41,795 nucleotides of DNA from an uncultured Candidatus Saccharibacteria bacterium (GCA_964362315.1 CAYIDV010000002.1:1-41795); one strand, 5' to 3'; shown: positions 8,626 through 16,987, counted from the first letter of the stretch. Notes: a model not told the origin generated them from the sequence alone. Program-made: numbers and translations.

Positions 8626-8809
8626 GAAGAAGACTCAGAAAAGCTTTTTTTGATGGATCCAGTTGAAGCTTAGACCAGTATCGCCTTAATTCTTTCTCGT
8701 TAATCTTTTCTTTACCGAGTCCAAAGTTAATAAGTTGTTCTAATCGCCAAATAGCGTATTCGTCGGGATGTTTTTTAAGTAGCTCTACGTCAGTAGACCA
8801 ATTTTTCAT
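8600..8809 (-). CDS. Small partner protein upstream of and overlapping the NTase; putative cognate antitoxin
   Basis: 69-aa ORF overlapping the NTase ORF by 26 nt, a typical toxin-antitoxin arrangement. I could not recognise a canonical AbiEi wHTH. Confidence 0.5.
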   Translation of the reverse strand: MKNWSTDVELLKKHPDEYAIWRLEQLINFGLGKEKINEKELRRYWSKLQLDPSKKAFLSLLLDHGSDAF

Positions 8810-8834
8810 AATACTATTATATCAAAATTTAAGA

Positions 8835-8876
8835 AACAAAGCAAAAATCCCGCGATGCGGGATTTTTGCTTTGTTT
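8835..8876 (-). terminator. rpsA intrinsic terminator
   Basis: AAACAAAGCAAAAATCCCGC-gat-GCGGGATTTTTGCTTTGTTT, a 20-bp perfect stem with internal T runs. Confidence 0.75.
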
Positions 8877-8882
8877 GAGTAT

Positions 8883-10058
8883 TTATTTTTTTATCACCAG
8901 CTTCAAGCTCATCCTGTGTTCTTTTGGTTCTATGAGTAGAATTTCAAAATCATAAGTTTCTCCTGCCTTCAGTGATTCCTCCATTTCTTTCTGCGATTTG
9001 AATTCAGAGATATGACAAAGACCTCTTATTTTTGGCAAAACCTCAACAAAGGCGCCAAAAGAGCTGAAAGAAATTATCTTGCCTTTTATAACGTCACCTT
9101 TTTTGTACTTTTTTTCAATCTCTTCCCAGGGATTTTCTTTTAATCTCTTTAGAGACAAAAACACCTGATTATTGCTTATTTCTATAATTTGGGCTTTGAC
9201 AGTCTCGCCAACTTTTACAACCTCCGAGGGATTTTGGACCAATTGCCAGTCCAGTTCTGAAATGTGAATTAGTCCTTCAATTTCGCCCCTTACAGTTTTG
9301 CCCCGCTCTTGTTTTTCAGATTTCCCTTGGATACTCTCTTCAGGAATACTCTTTGAATTTTCATCTGGCAAAACTTGGGAGGGTAAAGGAAACTTAATAA
9401 ATACCCCAAAATCGGCGATGCCGGTTATTTTTCCTTCAACAATATCTCCTTTTTTATAATCTTTAAGAATTTCTTTTAATACCTGCTCTGTTTTTGCTTT
9501 TTCAGACAGTATAAGCTTGTTTTCCTGAGCCAACAAATCCAGTATTTTTACTTCCAAAGTTTTACCAATGAATTTTTGCAGCTCTTTTAAAATCTTTTGC
9601 TTGTCGGCATCAACAACCCTTGGATAATTTTCCGGAGACAGCTGCGAAACTGGCAAAAAAGCAGGTATACCGTTAATGCTGCTAAGCAATCCTCCCTTGT
9701 TTACTCCTGTAATTTTCACGCTTATAATTTCTTCTTTTAGCTTCATATCTTTAAGTTTTTGCCAGCTTATGTCTTCCATGGCATCTTTCAGGGAAAGTTC
9801 AACATAGCCATCTTCGTTTTCCAACTCAACGACCTTAGCATGAACCGTGTCCCCAATGTTTAGGTTTTTAATGGCATCTTTCACTTGGTAAAATTCCTTG
9901 CCGTAAATAATACCGGTGCCTCCCTGAGAGCCTAAATCAACAAAAAGAGATGATCTGTCCCGTGCCACAATCTTTCCTTCAACCAAAGACCCCACCGACA
10001 GCATAGTCAGTCCCTCCTCTAATTTTTTAGCGGTATTTTCCTTGGTCATATTTAACAT
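8883..10058 (-). CDS. rpsA: 30S ribosomal protein S1
   Basis: 391 aa with repeated S1 OB-fold units (G.IV.G.V....G.FV.L). Confidence 0.9.
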   Translation of the reverse strand: MLNMTKENTAKKLEEGLTMLSVGSLVEGKIVARDRSSLFVDLGSQGGTGIIYGKEFYQVKDAIKNLNIGDTVHAKVVELENEDGYVELSLKDAMEDISWQKLKDMKLKEEIISVKITGVNKGGLLSSINGIPAFLPVSQLSPENYPRVVDADKQKILKELQKFIGKTLEVKILDLLAQENKLILSEKAKTEQVLKEILKDYKKGDIVEGKITGIADFGVFIKFPLPSQVLPDENSKSIPEESIQGKSEKQERGKTVRGEIEGLIHISELDWQLVQNPSEVVKVGETVKAQIIEISNNQVFLSLKRLKENPWEEIEKKYKKGDVIKGKIISFSSFGAFVEVLPKIRGLCHISEFKSQKEMEESLKAGETYDFEILLIEPKEHRMSLKLVIKK

Positions 10059-10158
10059 AATAATCAGTATAATACATTATAATTGATTTTTTTGCAACCG
10101 TTTTTATTATTTTTATTATATTGAAGTTAATAATAATTTATGATAAAATATTAAAATA

Positions 10159-10230
10159 TGTGTTAGGTGCTTGGTGTTAGATATTAGATACGTTTCGTAT
10201 TTACTAACACCCAAAACCCAACACCTAAAA
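10159..10230. repeat. Long imperfect palindrome (GT-rich arm / AC-rich arm) directly upstream of the 10238 start
   Basis: The arm TGTGTTAGGTGCTTGGTGTTAGATATTAGATACG faces CGTATTTACTAACACCCAAAACCCAACACCTAA. The AC-rich arm shares GGTTTTGGGTGTTAGTAA (reverse complement) with 17467..17537. Confidence 0.7.
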
Positions 10231-10237
10231 TCTATCT

Positions 10238-10894
10238 GTGGCTAAAATTGTGTGGGCCGGGCAGGCCTGTTTTCAAGTTTCAGTTTCTAATGGAAAAGAC
10301 AATTCAGCTAATATTGTAATTGACCCATTTTCAGACATTGGATTAAGAATGCCTAATTTTGAGGCCGATATTTTGCTTGTGACCCACCAACACCAAGACC
10401 ATAATAATGTAGGGGCGGTAAAAGGCAATCCTTTTATAATTGAAGGGCCTGGCGAGTACGAGATAAAAGAAGTGTTTATAAAAGGCATTCATTCTTTTCA
10501 TGACGATAAGGAGGGAAAAGAAAGGGGTTTAAATACCATTTATACCGTTGAGGCAGAAGGAATGAAATTTTGCCACTTGGGAGACTTAGGCCAAAAACAA
10601 TTGACTGACGAGCAGTTAGAAAAAATCGGTGCCGTAGATATTTTAATGATTCCAGTCGGCGGAATTTACACCATTGATGCAGGAGAATCTCAAAAAATAA
10701 TAGGTCAAATAGAACCGAAGGTTGTAATCCCAATGCACTACTCTTTGCCTAAATTAAAATTCAAGTTAGATGGGTTAGAAAAATTCTTAAAGGCAATGGG
10801 TAAAAATTCCATTGAAGCGCAAGATAAATTTACCGTAAAACTTAGCACCCTGCCAAAAGAAGGGCAAACGGAAATAGTGGTTTTAAAACCATAG
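10238..10894 (+). CDS. MBL-fold metallo-hydrolase (UPF0173-like)
   Basis: 218 aa with a GTG start and the HQHQDH (HxHxDH) motif. Confidence 0.85.
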   Translation: MAKIVWAGQACFQVSVSNGKDNSANIVIDPFSDIGLRMPNFEADILLVTHQHQDHNNVGAVKGNPFIIEGPGEYEIKEVFIKGIHSFHDDKEGKERGLNTIYTVEAEGMKFCHLGDLGQKQLTDEQLEKIGAVDILMIPVGGIYTIDAGESQKIIGQIEPKVVIPMHYSLPKLKFKLDGLEKFLKAMGKNSIEAQDKFTVKLSTLPKEGQTEIVVLKP

Positions 10895-10910
10895 AACTAA
10901 TAAACTATAA

Positions 10911-10944
10911 TCACACTTTCTGTCCCATGGGACAGAAAGTGTGA
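10911..10944. repeat. 34-nt perfect palindrome, copy 1
   Basis: TCACACTTTCTGTCC-catg-GGACAGAAAGTGTGA. Confidence 0.9.
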
Positions 10945-10953
10945 TTGGATATT

Positions 10954-11271
10954 ATGTACAAAAAAATAAAAAATTTTGTATTGACATTGCGGGGTTTACC
11001 AGAAGAGCAAAAAAAATCTATTTTTTTTACAATTATAATTATTTCGGCTCTAATTATGGGTTCTTTTGCCATAGTACTCACCAAAAGAAACTTTTCCAAA
11101 ATAAGCCGATCAATAAAATCAATTGATTTTTCCGATGTTAATATTGAAGGTCCAGAATTTAACAGTAGTGCGCCTGACGCAGGAATTAATCTACCAAATG
11201 AAGATATCAGCAGTTTTACTTCAGAAGAATCGGGTGATATATTCCAAGATAAAGATTTATTTAAATATTAA
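10954..11271 (+). CDS. Small membrane-anchored hypothetical protein
   Basis: ORF 10945..11271. The likely start is ATG 10954 (MYKKIKNF). It has one hydrophobic helix, SIFFTIIIISALIMGSFAIVL. Confidence 0.55.
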   Translation: MYKKIKNFVLTLRGLPEEQKKSIFFTIIIISALIMGSFAIVLTKRNFSKISRSIKSIDFSDVNIEGPEFNSSAPDAGINLPNEDISSFTSEESGDIFQDKDLFKY

Positions 11272-11340
11272 CTAATAATAAATCTATGGGCTGGGTCCCT
11301 CTGGGACCCTTGGTATCATCAAAAGAACAAATAAGCTATG

Positions 11341-11376
11341 TTCACACTTTCTGTCCGGTCGGACAGAAAGTGTGAA
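11341..11376. repeat. 36-nt palindrome, copy 2, with the same arms as 10911..10944
   Basis: TTCACACTTTCTGTCC-ggtc-GGACAGAAAGTGTGAA. Confidence 0.9.
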
Positions 11377-11408
11377 TAGGTATTATCGTAAAAACAAATA
11401 AAATAAAA

Positions 11409-13937
11409 ATGGCAGAAAAACCACAAAATGCTAATGTTGGAAAAATAAGTAAAAGAGAGGTAGTTGAAGAACTCAAAGAATCATACATTGACTATGCCAT
11501 GTCAGTGATTGTGGCTCGGGCGCTTCCTGATGTTAGAGACGGATTAAAGCCAGTACACAGAAAAATTCTGTATGCGATGCATGAGCTAGGTTTAGGCGCC
11601 AGCGCAAAATTCCGCAAGTGCGCAGCGGTGGTCGGTGAGGTCATGTCAAAATATCATCCTCACGGAGACATGGCTATTTATGACAGCTTGGTCAGAATGG
11701 CACAGGATTTTAACCTGCGCTACCCTTTAATTGCTCCTCAAGGCAATTTCGGCAGTTTAGACGGGGATGGAGCGGCAGCCAGTCGTTACACCGAATCTAA
11801 GTTATCAAAGATAGGAGAGGAAATGCTTAAAGACATTGAGAAAGACACTGTTAATTTTACAGATAACTACGATGGCACAAGAAAAGAACCGACCGTTCTG
11901 CCTTCACCCCTGCCCCAGCTTTTGTTAAACGGCTCTTTGGGAATTGCCGTTGGCATGGCAACCAACATTCCGCCCCATAACTTATCGGAATTGGTGGATG
12001 CTATTATTTTTTTAATTGATAACCCAAAAGCCCAAACCCCTGACTTGTTCCAGTTCATCCAAGGACCTGACTTCCCCACTGGAGGCATCATTTACGACCA
12101 AAAAGAAATTATTGCCGCCTACTCTCAAGGAAAAGGCTCAATTATTATGAGAGGAAAGGCGGAGGTAGTGGAAAAAAAGGACGGTGCAGAGCAAATTATA
12201 GTTACCGAAATTCCTTATCAAGTGCTAAAATCCAGCTTAGTGGAAGAAATGGCAAACTTGGTTTCAGAAAAAAAGATTGAAGGCATCAGAGACATTAAGG
12301 ATTTGTCAGACCGGCAAGGAATGAGCATTGTAATTGACATTAAAAGAGGGTTTGAACCTCAGCGGGTTTTAAACAGGTTGTACAAATTCACCAACCTGCA
12401 AAAAACTTTTCACTTGAATTTATTGGCCTTAGTTGACGGTATTCAGCCTGAAATCCTTTCAATTTTAGATGTTTTAAAATATTTTATAAAACATCGCACA
12501 GAGGTTATCACCAGAAGAACAAAATTTAATTTGGAAAGGGCCAAGGAAAGGGCCCATATATTAGAGGGACTAATGGTGGCTCTAAAAAATATTGATGCCG
12601 TAATAAATTTAATTAAAAAGTCAAAAGACCGCGAAGACGCAAAAAATAATTTAATTAAAAAATTCAAGCTTACAGAAAGGCAGGCAGTAGCCATTTTAGA
12701 GATGAAATTGCAAACTTTAGCCGGCCTTGAAAGGAAAAAGATAGCCGATGAATTAAAGGAGATACTGGAAAAAATCAAAGAATTGACTGCTATTTTAAAA
12801 AGCCCGGAAAAATTAAAGGTTTTAATCAAAAAAGAATTACAAGAATTAAAAGAGAAGTTCGGCGATAAAAGGAGAACAAAAGTGATAAAGCAAAAGCTGG
12901 GTGAAATAACTGAAATTGATTTAGTGCCTTTAGAAGACACCATTATTACTTTAACTACTGGCGGATACATAAAGAGAATCAATCCCTCAACTTATAAAAT
13001 CCAAAAAAGGGGCGGCAAGGGAATTATGGGCATGAAAACAATGCAAGAAGATATTGTAGAGCACTTCCTGGTTGTCTCCACCCACGATAATTTGCTTTTT
13101 TTCACCGATTCGGGAAAAGTATTCCAAACCCAGGTCTACGAAATCCCAGAAGGCACCAGGGTAGCCAGAGGCAGAGGACTTTCTAATTTTTTGGAAATAT
13201 CAAACAACGAAAAAGTTTTGTCTTTAGTCACTAAGCCCAAAACACAACCTGACAAGATAAATCCTGAAAAATATTTAGTGATGGTTACTAAAAACGGCAG
13301 AATAAAAAAGACATCTTTGGAGGAATTTGACAATGTAAGAAGGAGCGGCATTATTGCCATTAAACTGGAAAAGGGAGATTTGTTGAAAAAAGCCATAAAA
13401 ACCAGTGGTCAAGACGATATCATGCTGGTAACTAAAAATGGTCTGTCTATTAGATTTAAAGAAAAAGATATCAGGCCAATGGGCAGGTCAGCTGCCGGAG
13501 TTAGGGGCATACACCTAAAAAAGGGTGATGAGGTTATTGCCATGGATGTTATTCAAGCTCAAACCTTAGATCCCAAATCGCCCGCCGAAAGCGAGGCTCG
13601 TCAAGGGCGGCAAAATGTAAAAAAGAGCAAGCAGTATTTGTTGGTGGTAATGAATAATGGTTACGGCAAAAGAACTGAAATCTCTCAATACAGAATTCAA
13701 AAAAGAGGCGGTTCGGGTATAAAAACAGCCAAAATCACTGCCAAAACTGGCACCATCGTTTTTTCCTGCATCTTAGATGAACTAACCGAAGAAGATGATT
13801 TAATAGTCATATCGCAAAAAGGCCAGGTAATTAGAACGCCTATAAAATCTATATCGGTAATTGGCAGAGCAACCCAAGGAGTAAGAATAATGAGATTAGA
13901 TGCAGCAGATAAAGTCGCCTCGGGCTCTTTTGTATAA
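11409..13937 (+). CDS. gyrA: DNA gyrase subunit A
   Basis: 842 aa with [29 protein letters not shown], the active-site region AASRYTE, and a C-terminal beta-pinwheel repeat region. Confidence 0.97.
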   Translation: MAEKPQNANVGKISKREVVEELKESYIDYAMSVIVARALPDVRDGLKPVHRKILYAMHELGLGASAKFRKCAAVVGEVMSKYHPHGDMAIYDSLVRMAQDFNLRYPLIAPQGNFGSLDGDGAAASRYTESKLSKIGEEMLKDIEKDTVNFTDNYDGTRKEPTVLPSPLPQLLLNGSLGIAVGMATNIPPHNLSELVDAIIFLIDNPKAQTPDLFQFIQGPDFPTGGIIYDQKEIIAAYSQGKGSIIMRGKAEVVEKKDGAEQIIVTEIPYQVLKSSLVEEMANLVSEKKIEGIRDIKDLSDRQGMSIVIDIKRGFEPQRVLNRLYKFTNLQKTFHLNLLALVDGIQPEILSILDVLKYFIKHRTEVITRRTKFNLERAKERAHILEGLMVALKNIDAVINLIKKSKDREDAKNNLIKKFKLTERQAVAILEMKLQTLAGLERKKIADELKEILEKIKELTAILKSPEKLKVLIKKELQELKEKFGDKRRTKVIKQKLGEITEIDLVPLEDTIITLTTGGYIKRINPSTYKIQKRGGKGIMGMKTMQEDIVEHFLVVSTHDNLLFFTDSGKVFQTQVYEIPEGTRVARGRGLSNFLEISNNEKVLSLVTKPKTQPDKINPEKYLVMVTKNGRIKKTSLEEFDNVRRSGIIAIKLEKGDLLKKAIKTSGQDDIMLVTKNGLSIRFKEKDIRPMGRSAAGVRGIHLKKGDEVIAMDVIQAQTLDPKSPAESEARQGRQNVKKSKQYLLVVMNNGYGKRTEISQYRIQKRGGSGIKTAKITAKTGTIVFSCILDELTEEDDLIVISQKGQVIRTPIKSISVIGRATQGVRIMRLDAADKVASGSFV

Positions 13938-14089
13938 TATTTGTATAATAAAGGGATTTAAACATTTACTAAACATACTTATCCACAACTTATTATTTTG
14001 GAGATTTGCTATAATTAAATTGAACATTGAATCTTGTAGCTTGTAGCTGGAATCGAATCTGGAATATTGAATCCTGTATTCTACATTCT

Positions 14090-14123
14090 ATTCTAACTTC
14101 TAGATACTAAATTCTAAATTCTC
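14090..14123. repeat. 34-nt dispersed repeat ATTCTAACTTCTAGATACTAAATTCTAAATTCTC
   Basis: Matches 27345..27378 with one mismatch. It ends 5 nt before the GTG start at 14129. Confidence 0.9.
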
Positions 14124-14128
14124 GTAAA

Positions 14129-14653
14129 GTGGCTGATTTTTTAAAAGTAGGTGAAATTTTAAACCAGCTTGATTTGAAAGAAAGCATGTTGGCAGCTGAA
14201 TTTGGCTGCGGTTCTGCCATGTTTGCCATTGCTTTAGCCAAAAAGCTGAAAAGGGGCGTGGTATACGCTTTAGACATTCAAGAAGAAAAACTATCAGCTT
14301 TAAAAGGCAAATTATCCATAGAAAAAATCAATAATGTTAAAACTATCCTTTGTGATTTAGAAGCCAATAAGGGATCTACCTTAAAAGACAACTCCTTAGA
14401 TGTAGTATTAATCCCCAACGTCTTGTTCCAATCAGAAAATAAAGCTGCTATAATGAAAGAAGCAAAAAGAGTATTAAAACCAGCTGGAGAGCTTTTGGTG
14501 ATAGACTGGCTAAAAAAGACTCACTTTAACCAGAAAGAAAATCTGGTAAGCCCGGATGAGGTAAAAAAAATAGCAGAAATTATTGGTTTTTCACTTAAAA
14601 AAGAGTTTGCGGCCGGAGATTATCATTATGCTTTGTTGTTTTTGAAAAAATAA
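14129..14653 (+). CDS. Class I SAM-dependent methyltransferase
   Basis: 174 aa. Motif I is AAEFGCGSAMFA, with an acidic residue at the end of beta2 (YALDIQ). Confidence 0.8.
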   Translation: MADFLKVGEILNQLDLKESMLAAEFGCGSAMFAIALAKKLKRGVVYALDIQEEKLSALKGKLSIEKINNVKTILCDLEANKGSTLKDNSLDVVLIPNVLFQSENKAAIMKEAKRVLKPAGELLVIDWLKKTHFNQKENLVSPDEVKKIAEIIGFSLKKEFAAGDYHYALLFLKK

Positions 14654-14654
14654 A

Positions 14655-14984
14655 ATGAAAAAAATTATTATTTTTCTTGTTTCTTGTGTCTTGTTGCTTG
14701 TTTCCGTTTCGGCTTCTGCCCAAATCACTCTTCCCAATCCCGCTGGCGTTAAGACTTTTGAAGCCCTTATAAGCGCTATTGCTAATTTCATAGCAAGTCT
14801 TGTCGGAGGATTGGCTGTAATTATGTTTATTTGGTCAGGAATTCTCTATTTAACATCTCGGGGTGACCCAGGACAATTACAAAAAGCCCATAAGGCTTTG
14901 TTATACGCTGTAATAGGAGCAGCCATTGCTTTGTCAGCTGCTGCCTTGATTGCCCTTATAAAATATATTTTAGGCACTAAGTGA
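14655..14984 (+). CDS. VirB2/TrbC-like (T4SS_pilin-type) small membrane pilin, paralog 1
   Basis: Signal peptide ending SASAQ, then two hydrophobic helices flanking YLTSRGDPGQLQKAHKAL. Confidence 0.7.
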   Translation: MKKIIIFLVSCVLLLVSVSASAQITLPNPAGVKTFEALISAIANFIASLVGGLAVIMFIWSGILYLTSRGDPGQLQKAHKALLYAVIGAAIALSAAALIALIKYILGTK

Positions 14985-15109
14985 CTGAGATAGTATAGGT
15001 GGCGGAGGCGGCGTATAGCTTTACAATAATTATTTATTAACTTGAAGAAGTTTTTAAAAAAGATTAATATAAAATAATAAAGGTCGAAATTCAATTAAAA
15101 ATAATCCAT

Positions 15110-15173
15110 CCCCCACTAACTTTGCTCTTTTGATATACTATTAAAACATGTATAAGAGCAAAGTTAGTGGGGG
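15110..15173 (+). promoter_or_regulatory. 20-bp perfect stem hairpin in the leader of pilin paralog 2
   Basis: CCCCCACTAACTTTGCTCTT-24 nt-AAGAGCAAAGTTAGTGGGGG. The 3' arm carries the only G-rich SD-like run and ends 8 nt before ATG 15182. Confidence 0.6.
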
Positions 15174-15181
15174 GGAAATAA

Positions 15182-15520
15182 ATGAATAAAAAATTAATTA
15201 TTTCATCTGCTTTGATTGCTTCACTGGCCTTACCATTTTCTGTTTTTGCTTTTAATCCAGGTCCTCCACCTAATATAGTCCCCGGTCTAACTGTTGGACA
15301 ACTTATTGATGCCATATTCAGCATTCTTTGGCCTGCGGCTGTAGCTTTTTTCATAATAATGTTCGTCATTGCCGGCTTTAAATTCGCTACCGCCGGAGGC
15401 GAGCCAGAAGCAGTGAAAACAGCCAGAACTTCCGTAATATATGGAATGGTAGGAGTAATTGTAGCTTTGATTGCCTGGTCAATAGTATTCATACTCAGGA
15501 ACATGCTTCCAGGCGTTTAG
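15182..15520 (+). CDS. VirB2/TrbC-like pilin, paralog 2
   Basis: Signal peptide, then IMFVIAGFKFATAGGEPEAVKTARTSVIYGMVG. Confidence 0.7.
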   Translation: MNKKLIISSALIASLALPFSVFAFNPGPPPNIVPGLTVGQLIDAIFSILWPAAVAFFIIMFVIAGFKFATAGGEPEAVKTARTSVIYGMVGVIVALIAWSIVFILRNMLPGV

Positions 15521-15534
15521 ACGCTTAATTTCAA

Positions 15535-15641
15535 AATCAACTCCGTTAAGAGTTTATATCCATTAAAATCCCGTAAGTTGGTACCAGCTTTTATCAAATA
15601 CCACAGAATTTTAGTTTACTTTTCTTTTAACGGAGTTGATT
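15535..15641 (+). promoter_or_regulatory. 15-bp inverted repeat enclosing the leader of pilin paralog 3
   Basis: AATCAACTCCGTTAA (15535-15549) pairs with TTAACGGAGTTGATT (15627-15641). The right arm ends 8 nt before ATG 15650. Confidence 0.5.
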
Positions 15642-15649
15642 GTTTGCTA

Positions 15650-15979
15650 ATGAACAAAAAATTAGTTATTTTATCTGTTTTAGCTGCTCTATTGGTTTTC
15701 CCTTTTGTTAGTTTGGCGCAGCCTGGTGTTTTTGGAGGTTCTATTCTTCTGCTTGTTCTTGGTCTTGTACAGACAGCATTGACTATTTTGTGGATCGTAG
15801 CTGCCGCATTTGTCGTTATAATGTTTGTAACTGCCGGGTTTAAGTTTTTAACGGCTCAGGGTGACCCAACCAAATTAGCTGATGCAAGGCATGCTGTAGT
15901 ATGGGGCTTGGTTGGAGCGGCAGTAATTGTGTTGGCTTGGTCGGTAATAGCGGTGGTTAGAATTCAAATAGGCGTTTAG
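15650..15979 (+). CDS. VirB2/TrbC-like pilin, paralog 3
   Basis: The ORF-track start is 15578. The likely start is MNKKLVIL at 15650. Contains IMFVTAGFKFLTAQGDPTKLADARHAVVWGLVGAAV. Confidence 0.7.
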   Translation: MNKKLVILSVLAALLVFPFVSLAQPGVFGGSILLLVLGLVQTALTILWIVAAAFVVIMFVTAGFKFLTAQGDPTKLADARHAVVWGLVGAAVIVLAWSVIAVVRIQIGV

Positions 15980-16009
15980 TTATTTTTAAATTTTCGGTGT
16001 GCTTTTTTA

Positions 16010-16363
16010 ATGAATAAAAAAATATTTTCACTATTTTTAATAACTTTTTTGTTAATATCTCCTTTTTTTAGTTTAGCTCAACCAAAAGATCCGTTTGGTG
16101 GAAATCCTCCGATTCTATTTTCCCAAATGGTCACAAATGTCCTAACCATTATCTTGACTCTTCTTTGGATTGTAGGCGGAGCATTTGTTACGATAATGTT
16201 TGTTCTTGCCGGTTTTAAGTTTTTAACTGCCCAGGGAGAGCCAACCAAGGTGTCAGAGGCAAGAAAAATGGTTCTTTGGGGGCTAGTAGGGGCAGCGGTA
16301 ATGATATTAGCTTGGTCGGTGACAAGTATCGTACAAAAAGCACTATTATTTGGGGCTTTTTAA
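16010..16363 (+). CDS. VirB2/TrbC-like pilin, paralog 4
   Basis: IMFVLAGFKFLTAQGEPTKVSEARKMVLWGLVGAAV, very close to paralog 3. Confidence 0.7.
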   Translation: MNKKIFSLFLITFLLISPFFSLAQPKDPFGGNPPILFSQMVTNVLTIILTLLWIVGGAFVTIMFVLAGFKFLTAQGEPTKVSEARKMVLWGLVGAAVMILAWSVTSIVQKALLFGAF

Positions 16364-16383
16364 ATCACAATTTTAAAAATAAA

Positions 16384-16716
16384 ATGAAAAATTATTTTAA
16401 AACATTAACGAAAAAAGAATTACTTTTATTATCTATATTGATTCTGTTGGCGCTTCCCTTTGTTATCCAAGCTCAAAACCCACCGGATATGATAGTAGGA
16501 ATCCTTGGTAGATTAATAGGGATATTTTGGAATGTTTTTTACGGGCTTGTTATAATAATCTTTATAATTGCTGGAATAATGTATTTAACTGCTCGGGGCG
16601 ATCCTTCCAAAATACAATCGGCAAACAAAACTCTTATATGGGCTATTGTTGGGGTAGCCGTTGGGCTTTTGGCAAATTTTGCAACTGCCATTGTAAAGTC
16701 GCTGCTTGGCACTTGA
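16384..16716 (+). CDS. VirB2/TrbC-like pilin, paralog 5
   Basis: The ORF-track start is 16276. The likely start is ATG 16384 (MKNYFKTL). Contains IIAGIMYLTARGDPSKIQSANKTLIWAIVG. Confidence 0.7.
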   Translation: MKNYFKTLTKKELLLLSILILLALPFVIQAQNPPDMIVGILGRLIGIFWNVFYGLVIIIFIIAGIMYLTARGDPSKIQSANKTLIWAIVGVAVGLLANFATAIVKSLLGT

Positions 16717-16790
16717 TAAAGTTTAAAATTCAAAAATAGTATTACAAACGCTGCGGGGTTTGTTTTTTTGTGGTTTTAGTATAGTATAAG

Positions 16791-16836
16791 GCAAGCTCCT
16801 GTGGCGGAATTGGAATATCTGTCCGACAGTTCTTTT
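16791..16836 (+). pseudogene. Truncated 5' tRNA-Leu-like fragment directly upstream of tRNA-Leu
   Basis: GTGGCGGAATTGGAATA matches GTGGTGGAATTGGAATA of the downstream tRNA at 16 of 17 positions. The fragment then diverges into CTGTCCGACAG. Confidence 0.6.
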
Positions 16837-16918
16837 GCCCTCGTGGTGGAATTGGAATACACGTAGCGCTTAGGACGCTATCCTGAAAAGGTTGCAGGTT
16901 CGAGTCCTGCCGAGGGCA
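16837..16918 (+). tRNA. tRNA-Leu(UAG)
   Basis: Acceptor GCCCTCG/CGAGGGC, anticodon arm TAGCG-CTTAGGA-CGCTA, long variable arm, T arm GCAGG-TTCGAGT-CCTGC, discriminator A. Confidence 0.9.
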
Positions 16919-16921
16919 CAT

Positions 16922-16955
16922 AAAAAACAGCCTCGCTAAGCGAGGCTGTTTTTTT
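16922..16955 (+). terminator. Intrinsic terminator after tRNA-Leu
   Basis: AACAGCCTCG-ctaag-CGAGGCTGTT followed by TTTTT. Confidence 0.8.
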
Positions 16956-16987
16956 AAAGATATTGCTGAGTTAGACCTTCCAATAGC

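Noticed and set aside
12443-12982. 179-aa minus-strand ORF inside gyrA. Similar antisense ORFs are 1866-2327, 5365-5790, 6286-6717, 15091-15504, 27993-28400 and 36776-37114.
   Set aside because: Each lies antisense within a strongly supported gene. The translations are low-complexity and hydrophobic, as expected from AT-rich or GC-skewed antisense frames.
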